Shown here one piece after another: positions 35,823-50,700 of a DNA stretch of 64,000 nt (within the stretch, counting starts at the first letter, position 1; every line of letters starts with the position of its first letter). Below the pieces are notes generated by a model. The model did no database searches and was not told the origin of the DNA. It was given only the letters and a program-made list of their open reading frames with translations. The stretch comes from Oikopleura dioica (Eukaryota > Animalia > Chordata), in the NCBI GenBank assembly GCA_907165135.1, contig OU015568.1, positions 1,798,001 through 1,862,000 of the forward strand, given 5' to 3'. A program made the position numbers and the translations under genes.

Positions 35823-37833
35823 ATGGCGGTCTTGGTGAAAAATGGAAAGATTGTCAATCATGACAGGTCGTTCAAGGCTGATGTTCTCTGCGTGGATGGG
35901 AAGATTGTTGAAGTCGGAACTGATATTGCCGTGCCAGAAAACTGCCAGGTAGAATTTTCATTTACGACTTTTGAAAAAATTGAATAAATTTTGACTGAAG
36001 AATTGCTTTTCCTAGCCAATAAAAAGACCCAAAATTTATCCCTTCCCAATCAGAATACCGCATTATCTTTTAATTTATTTTATCTCTCTCTATCTAATTT
36101 TAGATAATTGACGCAACGGATCGTCTCGTCATCCCCGGTGGAATCGACACTCATACCCACATGCAACTCCCCTTCATGGGAACTTTCGCCATCGACGATT
36201 ACTACACTGGAACTCGGGCTGCTCTTTCTGGAGGAACTACGATGATCTGCGACTTTGTCTTGGGAGGAAAGGGAACATCCCTGATCGAGAACTTCAAAAC
36301 CTGGAAAGGGTGGGCGGAACCAAAGGTCATGTGCGATTACACTTTTCATATGGCGATTACTTGGTGGTCCGAGCAAGTCAGGTAAGTTGACGTCGTTAAC
36401 CTGATTCACTTGATGATGAAATATTGTTGCATTTTACTTAACTGAATTTCCAGGGAAGAAATGACTGAAATTATCAACAACTACGGAATCAACTCGTTCA
36501 AGACCTTCATGGCTTACAAGGACGTCTTCATGCTTGAAGACGACGAGATGCTAGAATGCTACCGCCATGCTGCTGGAATCGGCGCCCTGGCGATGGTACA
36601 CGCTGAAAACGGCCACATCATCGACCGCGAGAGTAAAAGAATGGTCGCCGAAGGCGTCACTGGCCCCGAAGGACACGAAATGTGCCGACCAGAACATGTC
36701 GAAATGGAAGCTACTCAACGAGCATGTGTTCTTGCTGACACAGTCAACTGTCCTCTCTACGTCGTTCACGTGATGTCGAAGAGTGCCGGAAAAGTCGTTT
36801 CGGAAATGCGACGAGATGGCAAAGTCGTCTTTGGAGAACCAATTGCCGCATCGCTCGGAACTGACGGCACGAATTACTGGCATAAGTGCTGGCGCCATGC
36901 TGCCGCTCACGTCATGGGACCTCCTCTGCGACCGGATCCTTCAACGCCCAAAAGTATTCAAAAGTATATAAAAATGTTATGTTTGTCTGATGTTGTCTTC
37001 ATACCATGTACTATGCATGATTGTAGATTATCTTCAGTTCGGCCTTGAATTGAAAAATTAAATTTAAATTACTTTTGAAACTATTATGGTTTTTGTACTC
37101 AGATAAGAATTCTTTATTTAAGTTTTGATGAAGCAACTAGCTTGCGGAGAGCTCGAGTGCACTGGTACTGATAACTGCACCTTTAATGCCAACCAAAAGG
37201 CTCTTGGAAAGGATGATTTCCGAAAGATTCCAAATGGTGTCAATGGCGTTGAAGATCGAATGGCTGTTATCTGGACTAAAGGTACGTCTTTCCAGATGTT
37301 CTTTTTCTTATGCAATTGAGGTGTTCATTCGGGAATCATGGATGAGAACCGATATGTTGCAGTGACATCTACCAACGCTGCTAAGGTCTTCAACATGTAC
37401 CCACAAAAGGGTATCATTCAAGTTGGATCCGACGCCGACATTGTTGTCTGGAACCCAAACCGATCTCGAACCATCTCTAAGGACACTCATCACCAGGCTG
37501 TCGACTGGAACATCTTCGAGGTTTGATATTTTCAAAAGAAGGGCTAACTAACTTTCACTGTTAAGGGCTTGGAGATCCATGGAATCGCAGAAAAAGTCAT
37601 TTCTAGAGGTGTTCTAGCCTACGAGTTCGACGGTGACAAGTTCCATGTTGAACAAGGACATGGAAAATACGTCCCTCGACAACCCTACTCAGGTAAAATC
37701 ATCTCGACGCCAAATTCTAACCATTTTGCTAGAATATGTCTACAACCGAATCCACCAGCGAGAAAAGTTCTACAAGCCTGAAAAAGTCGAGCGGGAGCCG
37801 TACACTGGACCAGTTATCAAACTCCCTCAATAA
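35823..37833 (+). CDS. DPYS: Dihydropyrimidinase
   Basis: [60 protein letters not shown]: all metal ligands intact, so the enzyme rather than a CRMP. Confidence 0.96.
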
Positions 37834-38115
37834 CTTCTGGAATTTCCTCGCAGCCAAAACTAACCACGATCCTTTCAAAACAGCACTTATCCTGTCAACT
37901 TTTAAAAATCATATATTGTCTTTCATGATTTCTAATAAATTAAACGCGAAAAATTTTCCGGGCTGATTTTTGTTGCTCATAAATATGACACGTCGAAAAT
38001 AGGTCACAGTTGATTCTACATGACTTTTGACTGGATCTAAAAAGCTCAGTTGACACTTTAGACGCCATAAAACATCCGATGAACTCGTACCATTTTGAAA
38101 CAACAATCATTCATC

Positions 38116-41100
38116 ATGAGAGAGCAGAAGGGAGAGAAAGCTAAGTGTCTGAATTGCCAAGTGAACGGTACTCTTCGAATAACTGATGATGATAAGGTAA
38201 TCTTGGTCCCAAATTATTGGAGAGAAAAGCTGAAAAGAGTGGTTCGACAAGGCTCATGCCAGCCAGCTAGACAGTAAGAAATCTAAAAACTGCAGTAGTG
38301 AGGAACAAAATTTAGTGGTTTCGGGACGGTAAAACAGCTCAAAGGAGTTCTTTTCTTCGGCAGCACATTTTGGATCGCGGTTGTCATTATAGGTCAGATT
38401 TTAAGAATCGTTTTTGTGAAAATTTTTTTCAGCAAACTTTGTTAACTACGAATTATCCAAAGAAAAACCGTCTTATCTAACAACCGTCTGTCAATCTGGA
38501 TTCAAAACATGTGCTTTCGGTGCGAACGACTTCAATCTTTGCACTCTAAAAATGCACAATTGCACTCTATCGAAATTTTACGATCAACCCTCAGAGCACC
38601 AACTCGAGCGCGTTCACAATCCTGAAGTCAAGAAATTTACCGAAGAAGAAAACAAAATGAATCAACGAAGATGCGCGATGAAAAAGTTCTACGACGCCAA
38701 AACATGCCGGTTTCTCTGCAATCTTCAGTCACCTTTGAGCATGAGTACTAATGATGAGAAGAAGTGTGAAAGTATTTGTTTCGCTATAACACGATCTCTT
38801 GGTACAGCCGGGCAAGTTTGTCCATTCGAAAAGTACTGTCCAAGAGGATGCCCTTGTCCACATTACCAATGCGACAGAGCAGACTCTATCAGTCAGCGAT
38901 TTCTTCCCATATGGGATTTGAACAGCTCGGAAGACAAAGAAGTCTCGCCAGAAAATCTCTTTCATAAGCGAGATCCAGATTGGGATGTTCTCCCCAACCA
39001 GCCGAGAACAAAAAATAGGATAGGGCAGATTTCGACGCATATAATTGCCCTATTTCATTTTGGATTTGGGAACAACACTGTGCTGGAGGGAAATCACGCC
39101 GAGTTTTCTGGACACTCTGTGGGGTCGACATTTTTGAATGGAAAACACTATTTGGTGAGTGCAAATGGAATTCTAGCGGAACTCGAAGAAAGTGAAGCCG
39201 TATTGAGAATTCTTACAGGATCGAAAAAGGTCGGCGATTTTATGTTTCACTTTATCTCGACAATTGGCAACTACAGAATCGAAATCCCTAATGAAGGCGT
39301 CTACGGCGTCGTAGTCATCTGCTCACCATTCTCTATTAGCGATAAATGTTATTATTATGCGCCAGAAAGAAATTTAAAGCGCTTCGAGGTCGCTCAAGGG
39401 TTGATTGCAAATAATCATTGGAATGCGAAAGCCTCATCGATCGTCTGGAATGACAAGTTCGTTCTCATGAGCCTTCGATACGGCGATATGGAAATCCGTA
39501 CATCATCCACTCTATCACTGAATCCTATTCGTTGGCAAGACGAACGCGAAAAAGGGTGGAAGAAAGGCTCAATTGGGCTCCCAATAAAATTCAAAGATCT
39601 TGAAATCATGGATGTTATTCCCCTTGTTCACTTGAACAAGCCGTTTTTGGTCGTTATCTCTCGAAGCATTCTGCTAACAAACACCAAGGCGTCCCTTCTT
39701 CTTTCTCTCCACGGCCAATTAATCGACTTAGGCTCTGAATGGATCGGGAACATTGAGAAACACCGTTCCGAAGAAATTTGCTACTCTTCGATGTTGGCCA
39801 AAAACGATCCGTTCTACAACCGACCCAATCGCTACGAGTGTGGCTATTTTAGAAACGCATTTCTCATCAACGACCGTTTCTATATCCAGAGCCTTGTCTT
39901 CGATGTTACCTTTGAAATTGACTTCAGATTTGACATTTTGGAGTTGTTTTACGAGCGAAGAAAGCGATCAAAGGGACTATATTTGACGAGCAATCCGAAC
40001 TTTGCTTTTCACGATGATGTTTTTCCCGTTTTCGCAAAGAGCACTGTATCCCAACAAAAGTTTCCAAGGCACAGTTGCGGTGATGCGATGGACTGTCACG
40101 TCCTTGTGCCGCATGACAGCGGTTTGATTACCAAGGAGTCGCATTTTTCGACGATCGAATTCAGCAAAGATTGGAAGTTCTCTTTTGACATAAAATGTGG
40201 CGATAAGAAACGACCTCTGAAAGCGCTAGAAGTTTTTGAAGCTGATGGGTCCCCATTTTTCATCATAAAAATGAGGAAAAATGGAGCATTGGAACTCAGA
40301 TTTAGAGATTTTGCTGTGATAAGGAAGCATGATTTCATTTGCAAAAAGTGGTGGACGACAGTGGAAATAAAATTCAACAACTATAAAATCAAAGTCTCAA
40401 GAATCTTCGATCAAATAACGGGAGAGCATGATCCCATTGGTAGTCTTTCAATAAAAAACACAGGACTTTTTCCTTCTGATGGCACACGCCTCAGATTTGT
40501 CTCTGGAGATGAGTCAATATGGCTACGAAAATTCTACTTTTTTCGTCGATTTGAGCCATATATTTTCAAGCTCGGGAATTATTATGGGAATTGGTGTCCG
40601 ACTTGCAGATTCAGCAATTTCATTTCCGGAAGTGGTTTCTTCAAGAAAGAAATTAAACTTCAATTTCCGAAAGAAGAGCTCGGCAATTATCATGATCCAT
40701 TATATAAAGCGAAAAGCGGCGTCGTCAAGGAAAAGGTTCATTTTTTCGGAGGGGTCAAAGAGTCAATTGGTAAAAGAAATGAAATCGATGTTATGCATCA
40801 GAAGATTGGCCGACTTGATGGTTGTAGAATGAATAGATTGGAAATAAAATTGGTTGGAAGATATTCAGACCAATCTTCTGTCGTTACATTTCCATTGGGT
40901 AAAAATTCTAAGGGTAAGTGATGCTCACTGAAGCATTAATCAAACTTTTTTAGCATTAATTTGCTTCCCAACTCTTCAACCAATTGGTTATACATCAACA
41001 GACTGTGAGGTGTTTGACGGCTCAACTGTTTCACGCGAAAGAGGGACCAATTTCAAACATACGAGTACCTGCATGGGTCTTTATAAAAACCAACCAACCG

Positions 41101-41632
41101 TCGTTGGTTGCTGGGTTAGCCCTTCTGACGAGAAACATTATCCTCATAGACTGGATCCCGATTGCATAAGTGGTAAGGTAGAAACCCTAACTGCAAACGG
41201 ATGGAAAACTATGACCGATCACCCTGAGTAAGTCTCATATACGTATTACGAAATACTAACTGCTTTATCAAAAGAAAAGAACAAAACCAAGCTTGTGTTT
41301 CGACTGAGTCTGGATTAATTACCATCGGAGGGACAAAAAACTATGACGGCAAAGCAATACCGATTTTAACTGTCTTCATTTTGAGGGAAGAAATTTGGCA
41401 AACTATCGGAAAACTGAATGAGCCATCGATTAAAAATGCGGCCATGATGGTCGGAAATGATATTTTCGTAACGAGTGGGAAATACTACTACAATGAGCTT
41501 TATCATTATTACAGGACGACAGAGAGACTCGAATGGAATGGAAAGAATTTGACGAGCACGTTGTTGTCCTTTGACGATGGACAGAATTTTTCTCCATTTC
41601 TTTTTCAAGTTCCTATCGATTTCTGTTCTTAG
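38116..41632 (+). CDS. Large type II membrane Cys-rich protein (CPxxCPxGCPCPxYxC family) with C-terminal kelch/beta-propeller-like region
   Basis: Exon 1 MREQKGEKAKCLNC; TM FGSTFWIAVVIIG; 789-aa exon with CPFEKYCPRGCPCPHYQC; VHFFGG, LITIGG, WQTIGKL, IFVTSG kelch-like blades. Confidence 0.8.
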
Positions 41633-41689
41633 ATGAGTTCTCATTTACTTTGAATACCCGTTTGAAATAAACGAGCACTATACTGTATT

Positions 41690-42177
41690 CAGAGTTCAAA
41701 AATTTTCGGCTCCCGCGGCCAGTTTTCGTGAAAGAAAAAGAAATTTTTGCCGAAAACTTTGAAAATTTAAGTAAAAATTGAGACTGTTTTCGGAAACCCG
41801 TGAAAGAGTTTTCTTTGAAAATGACCCCAAAAATTGGCTCAACGTTTGGTCTAAAATCAAGATTTTCGCGAATTTCCGAGCTTTTTTTACGATTTTCGCT
41901 TATTTTTTGAAAGCAAACTTATTCAAGTCATCGAATTGAAGCTGAAAATACCGATTGAAATTTGGTCCCTTTGTGCTCGCGGGCGCGGCCGGGCGCGAGC
42001 AGGAGGGCAAGGGCCCGCGCCCGCGTGAGCCCGCGGGCACCTTCAGTTTCGGACCCGCGCCCATCTGAGCCCCCGAGCTTCATTAATTTTGTGCCCGCGC
42101 CGGCCTGAGCCCCCGCGCATTTTTCCATCCCGAGCCCCCGCCTGTGCCCGGGCAAATCGCGGGGTTTTTGAACTCTG
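41690..42177. mobile_element. hAT-like MITE related to 8537-10653, in opposite orientation
   Basis: CAGAGTTCAAAAA...TTTTTGAACTCTG TIRs; GCCCG-rich subterminal region; no TSD seen. Confidence 0.8.
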
Positions 42178-43136
42178 TTGAACAGTCTGTTTTGCCAATA
42201 CTTAAAATTAGATAGAGTCATTATATTTCAGTCGCTTAGATTTAGAGCATGACACACCATGAGCCTGCAACAACCATGGACGAAGGATTTTGGTTTCTAT
42301 CAGGCACCAATGATTCGATTGTTTCGATGGTACTACTGCCGTTTTTCTCAGCTTATCGAAGATTGAAAACATTACTTACCTAGACATACTGTATGTTATA
42401 TAAGGTCAAATAACCACTAGTATCGAGACATAAATTTTCAACCAATCTTGAGCATCACCAGCAAAAGTTTTCGTGGAGACATTGCTTTGACCTTCGTGGA
42501 TATTTGAATCGAGGCCTGCAGTTGCCGCAACAAGAGTGGTTCCAACACGCATTCTATCTCAAGAAATGTTATGAAAAGAAGCAATTGTAATGATTAGTTC
42601 TTAAGATTTTTGACTCTCGAATGTAGAGTGTTTTTTAGCATGCAGTAGTAAACTAAAATATTATTTCATTATATAAAAATATATTTATACAAGTTTTGTT
42701 GGCGCTTTTGACGTCAAAGTGGTCAGCTCGTGGTCGCATTGGCTGAGCCGCTCAGCCGGAGCTACTCGCCCTTGAGCTAACGCTAAATTTCGAACTAGGC
42801 TCAAACAAAGAGGAAAGCTTTGTTTCAGAGATTTTCTATCGAGAAACCGTTCAAAAAGGTAAAGTTTCACTTCGTGAGAAGCTTCTCTGTATAAAAAATG
42901 ATCTAGCAAAAAGTACTCATTAATTAATTCGTTTATCCTTATTTCGGTCTTAGCTGAAAGAATAAAATTATTAAGTTTTTTAATAAAAATATTTTATAAT
43001 AAAATAATATTTAATAAATATTGGAAAATAGTTCCAGCTAAATTTGTGTTGTTTCTATTTTATTAACCTATTATTCGATAAATTTTTTCTATTTTAATTC
43101 TCCCGCAACTTCGGGATTTAAAAATTCTTACTTAGA

Positions 43137-43891
43137 ATGACGATCAACAACACCTCCGATTACTGTATCGAGCCCTCTCTGTACACAATCAAATCGATCT
43201 TCATCTTGGACAACGACGGCGAGCGCATCGTCTCCCAGTACTACGACAAGGAGCTTTTTCCCACGGTCAAGGAGCAAAAAGAGTTCGAGAAGACAATCTT
43301 CAAAAAGACTGCCAAGTCAGATGCAGAAATCGTCCTTCTCGATGGATTGACGATCGTTTACAAGAGCAACGTTGATTTGCTGTTTTACGTTATTGGATCT
43401 AGCAGCGAGAATGAACTATTACTCAACAGGTATCCTACAGTTTGATCATAATTCTAAAGAAAATGAATTGTTGGATACATAGGATAGATACTTTTTTTTC
43501 GCTTCGGATACTGAGTCGACATTTTTTCATTCAAATAATATTTGAATGATTCTGCTATTTTTTGTCTTATGGTTTGTAAAATTTCTAGTGTGCTGAACTG
43601 CCTCTACGACTCAATTTCCATCCTCCTCCGCAAAAACGTCGAAAAACGCCAAATGCTCAAGCAACTCGATGGAGTCCTCCTTGCTGTCGATGAAATTTGC
43701 GATGGAGGAATTGTCATGGAAATGGAACCTCAAGGTAATTTTTCTTGTCCCCTTCCCTTCTTCATCCCTTCTTTTTAGCGGTCATCGACAAAGTCGCCGT
43801 CGGACGAGAAGATCTCCCACTGACAGAACAAACCGTTGCCCAAGTCTTCCAGTCCGCGAAAGAACAGATCAAATGGTCGCTTCTCAAGTGA
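43137..43891 (+). CDS. COPZ1: Coatomer subunit zeta
   Basis: [64 protein letters not shown]; three exons. Confidence 0.96.
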
Positions 43892-44701
43892 AGAATTTTT
43901 CTGTTTCCCCGAACCGTTTATCTTTTCTGCTATGAGAACTTATACAAGTTGTATTCCCTTAGTGCAATATACAAAAATTAATAGTGCAATAAATAATATT
44001 TAAAATGAACCAAAAATACAAATTCTCTCTTCATTAGCTCAATTTGTTCGAAAAAGAACATCCCTTTATTTAATAATTAAATTGCTTTTTGGAATTTCTG
44101 TTTTCTGCATTCTGCAGGATACTTGTCAAATAATTGTTAAAATCGCTGATTAATAAGGCTCATTTCCTAGTAAATCAAAATTCTAATGGATAAACTAAAG
44201 AGTTTTAATTAGCACCAAAATGCCAAGTTCAATATTAAACTCCGTCTTAGTCAAATGCTGCAGCCGGGTACTTAAAAAACATGCTGATTGGCGAATAAAT
44301 GCGGTACCGAAAAACGCGCTTTCTACTTTTTCTGCCAAATCGCGCTTGGCGCTCTACTACTGCGATCCCGCCCACGCCAGTTTGATTTTTTTTCGACTTG
44401 AGCTCGAAAAAAAGTCGACTCGAAAAAGTCGCTATCTTTGACTTTTCCTGTGGAAAAATTGAAAAATAAATTTTCTGAAAAAAAAAGAGAAAATCTAGAA
44501 AAGTTATTTTTGGCTCGAATTTTGATTTTTCGAAACGAAAAGATAGCCTCAGGGCAAATTAAAGAAAGCGCAGAATCAAGAGAAGAGAAAAGTGAAGGAG
44601 ACTTGAAGAAAATTGGAGAATTTCCGAGAAAAGCGGAAGAAAAGAAAAAAGAATGAAAAGAGAAATTGAAAAGAAATTTTGGAAGATTTGACGAAGAGAG
44701 G

Positions 44702-47700
44702 ATGTATCAAAGAAGCAATTCTAGAGTACCGCCGATTGTAAGTGTCTTTTACTCAAATTTTGGTAATATGAAAGGAATTTTAGTGTAAATATGTTTTCTT
44801 AAATAGGGAGTACCCTTTTTATCGAAAAAATTTCTAAAGGGTAGCTTCTGACAACGGATTTTGAACGATACCAGGCAGCCTTGGGCTCCGAAATCCGTTA
44901 AAATGGCGACCCTATTCAATGAAAATATAGAAAAATTAGTCTAGAATAGTAAAATATTTGAAACAAAAGAGTCTCATGATCTTTTAGTCAGCTGAGAATT
45001 ATTTGATAGCTATTTTTTCCAAAAAGAATGTTTGTTCTACCGTTTGATTACTCTGTTTGCATTCCCATAGAAATAAAAACTGTCTAGTTTAGTAAATAAA
45101 AACTGTAGTTTTTCAAGTTCAAGGAATTCCCACAAAATTTACAATTTACTTCCTGTTAATTTTTTCACTGTCCCCTGACCTCATAAAGATCCCAACCCAG
45201 CGCGTTGAAAGTGTTAATTCCAGCACTTTCAGCACTCACTTATCGATTTTTAACAGAAATAAACAGTCAGTCTTTTCGATAAACATTTTTCGAATTGATT
45301 TTGATGGTCTCTAATCCAATTGTAAGAGCTTAAAATTATTCGTTTTTATGACTCTAGCAGATGTTTCGTAATCCTAGAATACATCATCTTCAAATTCCAA
45401 TTTTTTGACTAAAGATAAATTTGCGAGCTACAGTTAGTTTCTTTCTCATAATTGCTAGAGAGGGCGAGCAATCATGATTATCTAAGCGTGAGATCTATCC
45501 CAATATATATAGTCTCTCATAAAGATAAAATGATCATACAATTAGATCCGTCTAAAAACTATTTTTGTTCTACAGTCGAACGATTCTCAAATCTTTCACT
45601 TCGAAAGAGAGAACTTATAACCAAAGAAAACAGAAAAACATGAATAATTTTACTAAAGCCTGGGCTCGGCAACCTGTGTAAAAACCTGAGTCAGGATCTT
45701 GAAAGAGACCAAGAAAAGCATCTTCGCTAAAGGCCTAAGAGGTTTTATGCACCGCTTGCTGAACCCAAAGTAAAGCCCAATCAACCAATGAACCAATTAG
45801 AGTTTCTGTTATCAAAAGACTGGTAACCCCTTTTGTTCCGAAAGATCCCTTTATTCATCGTTCTCTATTTTAGCCTCAGCCTGGCCCGACTCATCATGAC
45901 TTTCTCCTTCAACAGCAGCTCGCCGCAGCGCAGCACCAGCAGCTTGCCCAACTCCAGGCCGGCGCCCATGGGCTTATGGGTGGCCATTTTCCCGGACCCC
46001 CGGGCGCCGCTGGCCTTTCTGGGCGGAATTTAATGGAGCTCGACGCCATGTACGTGCAGCAAATGCAGCAGCAAGCTCTGGCACACCACGCTTTCGCGCA
46101 ATCTCAAGGCCATGCTGCGTTTCCTGGCGGTACTCACCATCCTGGTTTTCCAGGACATCCGCTTGGACAGCCCGATCCTCGAACTGCGAAAGCTCGAACT
46201 CCTGCTCCAGCGACGCCGAAGCCACACGCCTCCAATCCGTTTAGCCATACGAACGCGCCTAGTGGAGCAGGGACTCCAAAAACCCCGACGATTTCTGTTT
46301 CGGTTCCAAGCAGTTTGCCAAGTTTTGGCGGGGGCTTTCCTCCCTCCGCCTCTGATCCGCTGTATTCGATGATTTCCGCCGAACAAAAACTTCGTGAAAG
46401 GGAGAGGCATCTCTACGAGCGATCCCGACGCGAGAGCAATCATTTCAATCAAGCGCAATCAACGTCTCGTCATAATCAAGCCCCTTCTTTTAGCAACTCA
46501 ATCTTCAAACAATCTGACCTTGTAAGTTGAAAAAAAGAACTGCCCGATTCCCTGGTAAAGAAAAAGTTAAACCTCACCAACGATAGCACATTCTAAAGTT
46601 TAATGGGGTTCTATAGCATCAGAGGCCCCCATTTCGTCAACGTTAATTTTAAGCAATCGTCCCACAACTTTCACCAACCCCAGCCGGCAAAAGTCGCCCC
46701 AGTCGCCGTCGACAAAAGCATCGCCTCCCATTACCCCCTCGACCTTTCAAATGCTCCTTCAAGAATCAACTGCGAAAATTTTGAGCCAGTGCGCGTTGTC
46801 GCTCCTTCCGTTCAGCGCGAACTCGACCGAATCAAAGCCGAGAAAGAAAAGAGAAGGCAACTGTAAGTTAAATTTTCTCAGTTCTCTTCTTGACCGAAAA
46901 TTCAGAAAAGCGCAGAAAACGAGCTCTACTTCCGCCGCACAAGCACGACCAAGGAATGCGTCAACGAGCTCCCAATCGAGCAAAAAAGCGCCCGCTCCTC
47001 CCAACTCCTCTCTCCCTAATTCTGTTCCCAACCCTCCCAAGGCGCAACTGCCGCCACAGATTCAATCCATTCTTTCTCAAGAACCAGCTCCGTCTTCCGA
47101 AAGGATTAGTCCGAAGATTCACTTTCCCGAAATCGGAAAAGCAGAAGTTCAAGAGAAAGAAAAGGATGAGAGTCAGGTGGCGGGTAAAAATGAAAGGTAA
47201 AGGGAGATCTTGGTGATAAAAATGGTGTTTTCAGAATTCATTCCGCTCTTAGGATTGTGATAAGAGGTGTTAAAGAATAAGGTTTTCTTTCTGATGAAAC
47301 ATACCCATAAAAAAATTTTCTCGATTGATATTCTTTTGGGTTTTTTTAAGTTATCAGCTTGAGAAAGACCTTTCCTTACAAAATATCCGACACTCAAAAC
47401 CTCATTCGCATTTATCCATTTTCATCCCTTTTCCAATTCATTTCGGTATTTCCAAAACATATCCATATTTACAACCCAAACCAACAATCAACCCGGCACC
47501 CACGAACCATCATGTTTACGCTCAAAACAGTGTTATTAAATCTAACATTCCTACCTCAAGCAACTCCAACATTTCATCATCGACGCCATTACTTCAAAAC
47601 CACCACCAAAGTCAACACCTTCTGGCTCAGAAGACCAGCAAGCTAACCAGTGGAGCGCACACCACGCTGACCCAGTCCAAAGACATCATCAGAACTCATG

Positions 47701-50700
47701 AGGACTATATTAGGTGCAAGGAAAGGATCTTAATTTACTGACATCTGTACATCCCAAGACATCAACAGATGCCTAAAGATGTCTGTTGATAAACGTAGAC
47801 CTTCATATTGATGTACAGAAGTCTGCAGTCATGTATGTCTTGTCAAATTTGTTCTTTCTTCCATCTTCTTTTGCCCGAAATCAAAATCCTTTGAAAAGCA
47901 AGAACGCCAAAAAGTCATGCCCCCCTCAAGCAACAACCCAGATTTCCTATCCAAAATCTACGAGAGTGTGTTGGCCGACAAGATGCAGGTATATTTTAAT
48001 CCATCAAACTTAAAATCATGATTCGCACAAAATCTGATCGAATAATCCAAAAATGGAAATGCTATAGTAACTGATTTCATCGCTGATCAGAATGATCCTT
48101 GCACGCAAAAAGTATCTAAAAATCAACAATCTGGAATGAGCAAAAAACGCTTGAAATAATTGCGCTGAGCTTACAAAAATGCACGACATTCATCAACTAT
48201 CTGAATTTGAATCGGGGAGATTACCGACTTCTAGCTTCGAAAAAAGGTAATTTTAAACAACCAGAATTTAACTCACTCTTAGATTTAAGCTTATTTATAA
48301 ATCCTTCTCTTACTGCTGTAATAAAATTATCATTACCAAAACCAATGATCTAAAACTCGAAATTTACGCATCAAACTATCGATTTTGAACTGAAATTCTA
48401 GCACCATGGAGTCGAAGACTGGCTGCGCTCGATGCTCATCAGCGAATCTCGCAAAAACTCAGCGTCGTCTCAATCTTCTTCCTCCCGAAATCGCCTCTCT
48501 GAAACAGGCCACCAAATGCGACGTCGTCGATCCTCCGCCTCTTCCTCCACCACTGGGGATCGCCAAAAAGTCCAGACTGCGAACGTGTGGATTCCGCCTG
48601 TCGATCAATACAGCAATACTCAGGATCATCATTCCATGAACGCACATCAGCAGATTCCGCGTAGTTCAGTCATTCGATCAGATTTTTCAGCGCACTGGGG
48701 TCGCGGATCAGCGAATCTTTTGTATCATCCATCTCATAATAATCTCCATCATTTTCAGGCTGCTCAGAATCATGCGCAGACTCACTTGACCAATTCCAAT
48801 GGCTTGGCTCATTCCTCAGGAAATGTTCTCATAATTCTAAGATGTCCTCTTTCTTTGTAGATGTCTGTAGATGTGCGTCCATGTTACCGGATGTCAATAG
48901 ATGCCTACTGATGTCTGCCAGTGTTCTTGGATGTCTAAAGATATCTTTAAGACCAGAATCGTTCTTATCGAATCAAAAAAGAGCATTAAAAAGATAATTC
49001 CTCGAAAAAATTGCATCACGAAAACAAGCTGCCTCTTTTGACGGAAGCAATTCGTTCGACCGACCGGACTTACAGTTCACTGCAAAAGAACAAAGCCGAA
49101 ACTCTTGAAAATCTCAAGCAGCAGATCTTTCGCAATTGGAACAAATCTGGTACCCTTCCGCAGCCCAAGGAGATCTTCAGCGATTCTAAGAGGCCTGGTT
49201 CTCCAATTGATGACGAATTGAGGCGGAAACGGTCGAAATCTACAGACAAGAGCGACCCACACTCGTCGATTGATCGACCAAAGTTCAACCTAACGGTAAA
49301 TGAAAGCTTGTCCGCCTTTCCCTTTAATTTCATTCATCAGGATCGCATCAAAGAAGAACTCCCCGGCCCCTCGACCACTCATCCAAATGTTCCAAAAGTT
49401 CCCAAGGCCGAAAACGAAGAGGCCGAAGCCGACACACTTGACAGTTCGCTCGGCGCCCTAGAAATAGTCGAAGAGCCAGACACCCCCACAATTGGAGGCG
49501 AAGAACCTACCACTGAAGCCTCCCTTCTCGCCAATCCCGACACCCTAGATGCTGACTCCGATGACAGCTTGACGATCCGGAAACCAAAGACGCCTGGAAG
49601 AAAGCAGCGTGAAGAAACACCTCAGATGAAGATTTACAAGCTCATCAAGAGGACTCCCTGTCCGCCAAGTAGGATCAAATTTTGTTTTCTTTTCGGAACG
49701 AGTTGATTTTAGATGTTAAAAAGCTGTCTTGTAAGCATACATCAGGGGAAACGCTGCTTCATGTCGCCGGTCGTCGAGGTTATTTGGTAAGAAATCTGAC
49801 ATTCTTCATATGAAGAAAGGAGTTATAGAAGACCCTAGGACGGCTTTTCTGACCTTCTCTTTTAAAGGAAAACATCGCCTATTACCTGGAAATGGGCTGC
49901 GATGTCAACGCCAAAGACAACCACGGCTTTACTCCCCTCCACGAGGCAGTAACGAAAGGCCATCTGAATTGCGTCAAGCTTCTTCTTGAGCAAGGGGCGG
50001 ATCCAAATGATCAAGCCAAGGATGGAACTCGGTAGGGAATACTTCAAAGCATCTTTCTAAAATCTGATTCAAGCCCGATCCATGACGCATCAGAGAACGG
50101 CGACATGAGCATCTTGAGAATGCTACTTTCTTTCGGAGCCGATCCAACGTTGACGTGTTATTCTGGCGAGAGTGCCTACGATTTAGCTGAAGAAATGTCC
50201 GATACAAAGGCTTTCTTGAAAGTATGACCCTTCTCGTATTCTTAAGCTAACTTTCTTTTAGGAATATCTGGAGTATCTAAAAAGCGGCAACAAAAACGAT
50301 GAGTTGCCGATTCTCTACGAACCTCGCGATATCGACCACATCGAGCTCTTCGTCAAAGAATCACTCAACCTTTCGAAACGAGCTTCAACAGACGATCTTC
50401 CGGCCGGAATCGAGAACTTGAAAATCTTTCCAGAGGAAGAGGGACTCTCAGACCAACACTTCAAGATAGAAATTTCCGATAATCCACTTCCAGAATCATA
50501 TTGGCTGACAATTAATGAAAAGTACCGTCGAAACTTTCGACAAATTTTTAATATGGTATTATAGGAGCGATAACTTTATCCTGGTGCGAGATGTAAAGAA
50601 CCGCCTTATTCCAGACAAAATCAAACCTGTTGTTCTTTCTCTAGAAGATCTTATGTAAGTTTCGCCTTAAGGCTACGGGTATCGATCAGGCTACGTTTGA

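Noticed and set aside
42247-42552. Small minus-strand gene ending in CaaX-like WCVML
   Set aside because: In-frame stops prevent a consistent exon chain.
44802-44916. Degenerate mini-MITE (aataggg...ccctatt) in BCOR intron 1
   Set aside because: The inverted match is too short and no TSD was seen.
47738-48950. AGATGTC-rich patches in two BCOR introns as ends of one element
   Set aside because: No defined TIRs or TSD, and coding exons lie between them.
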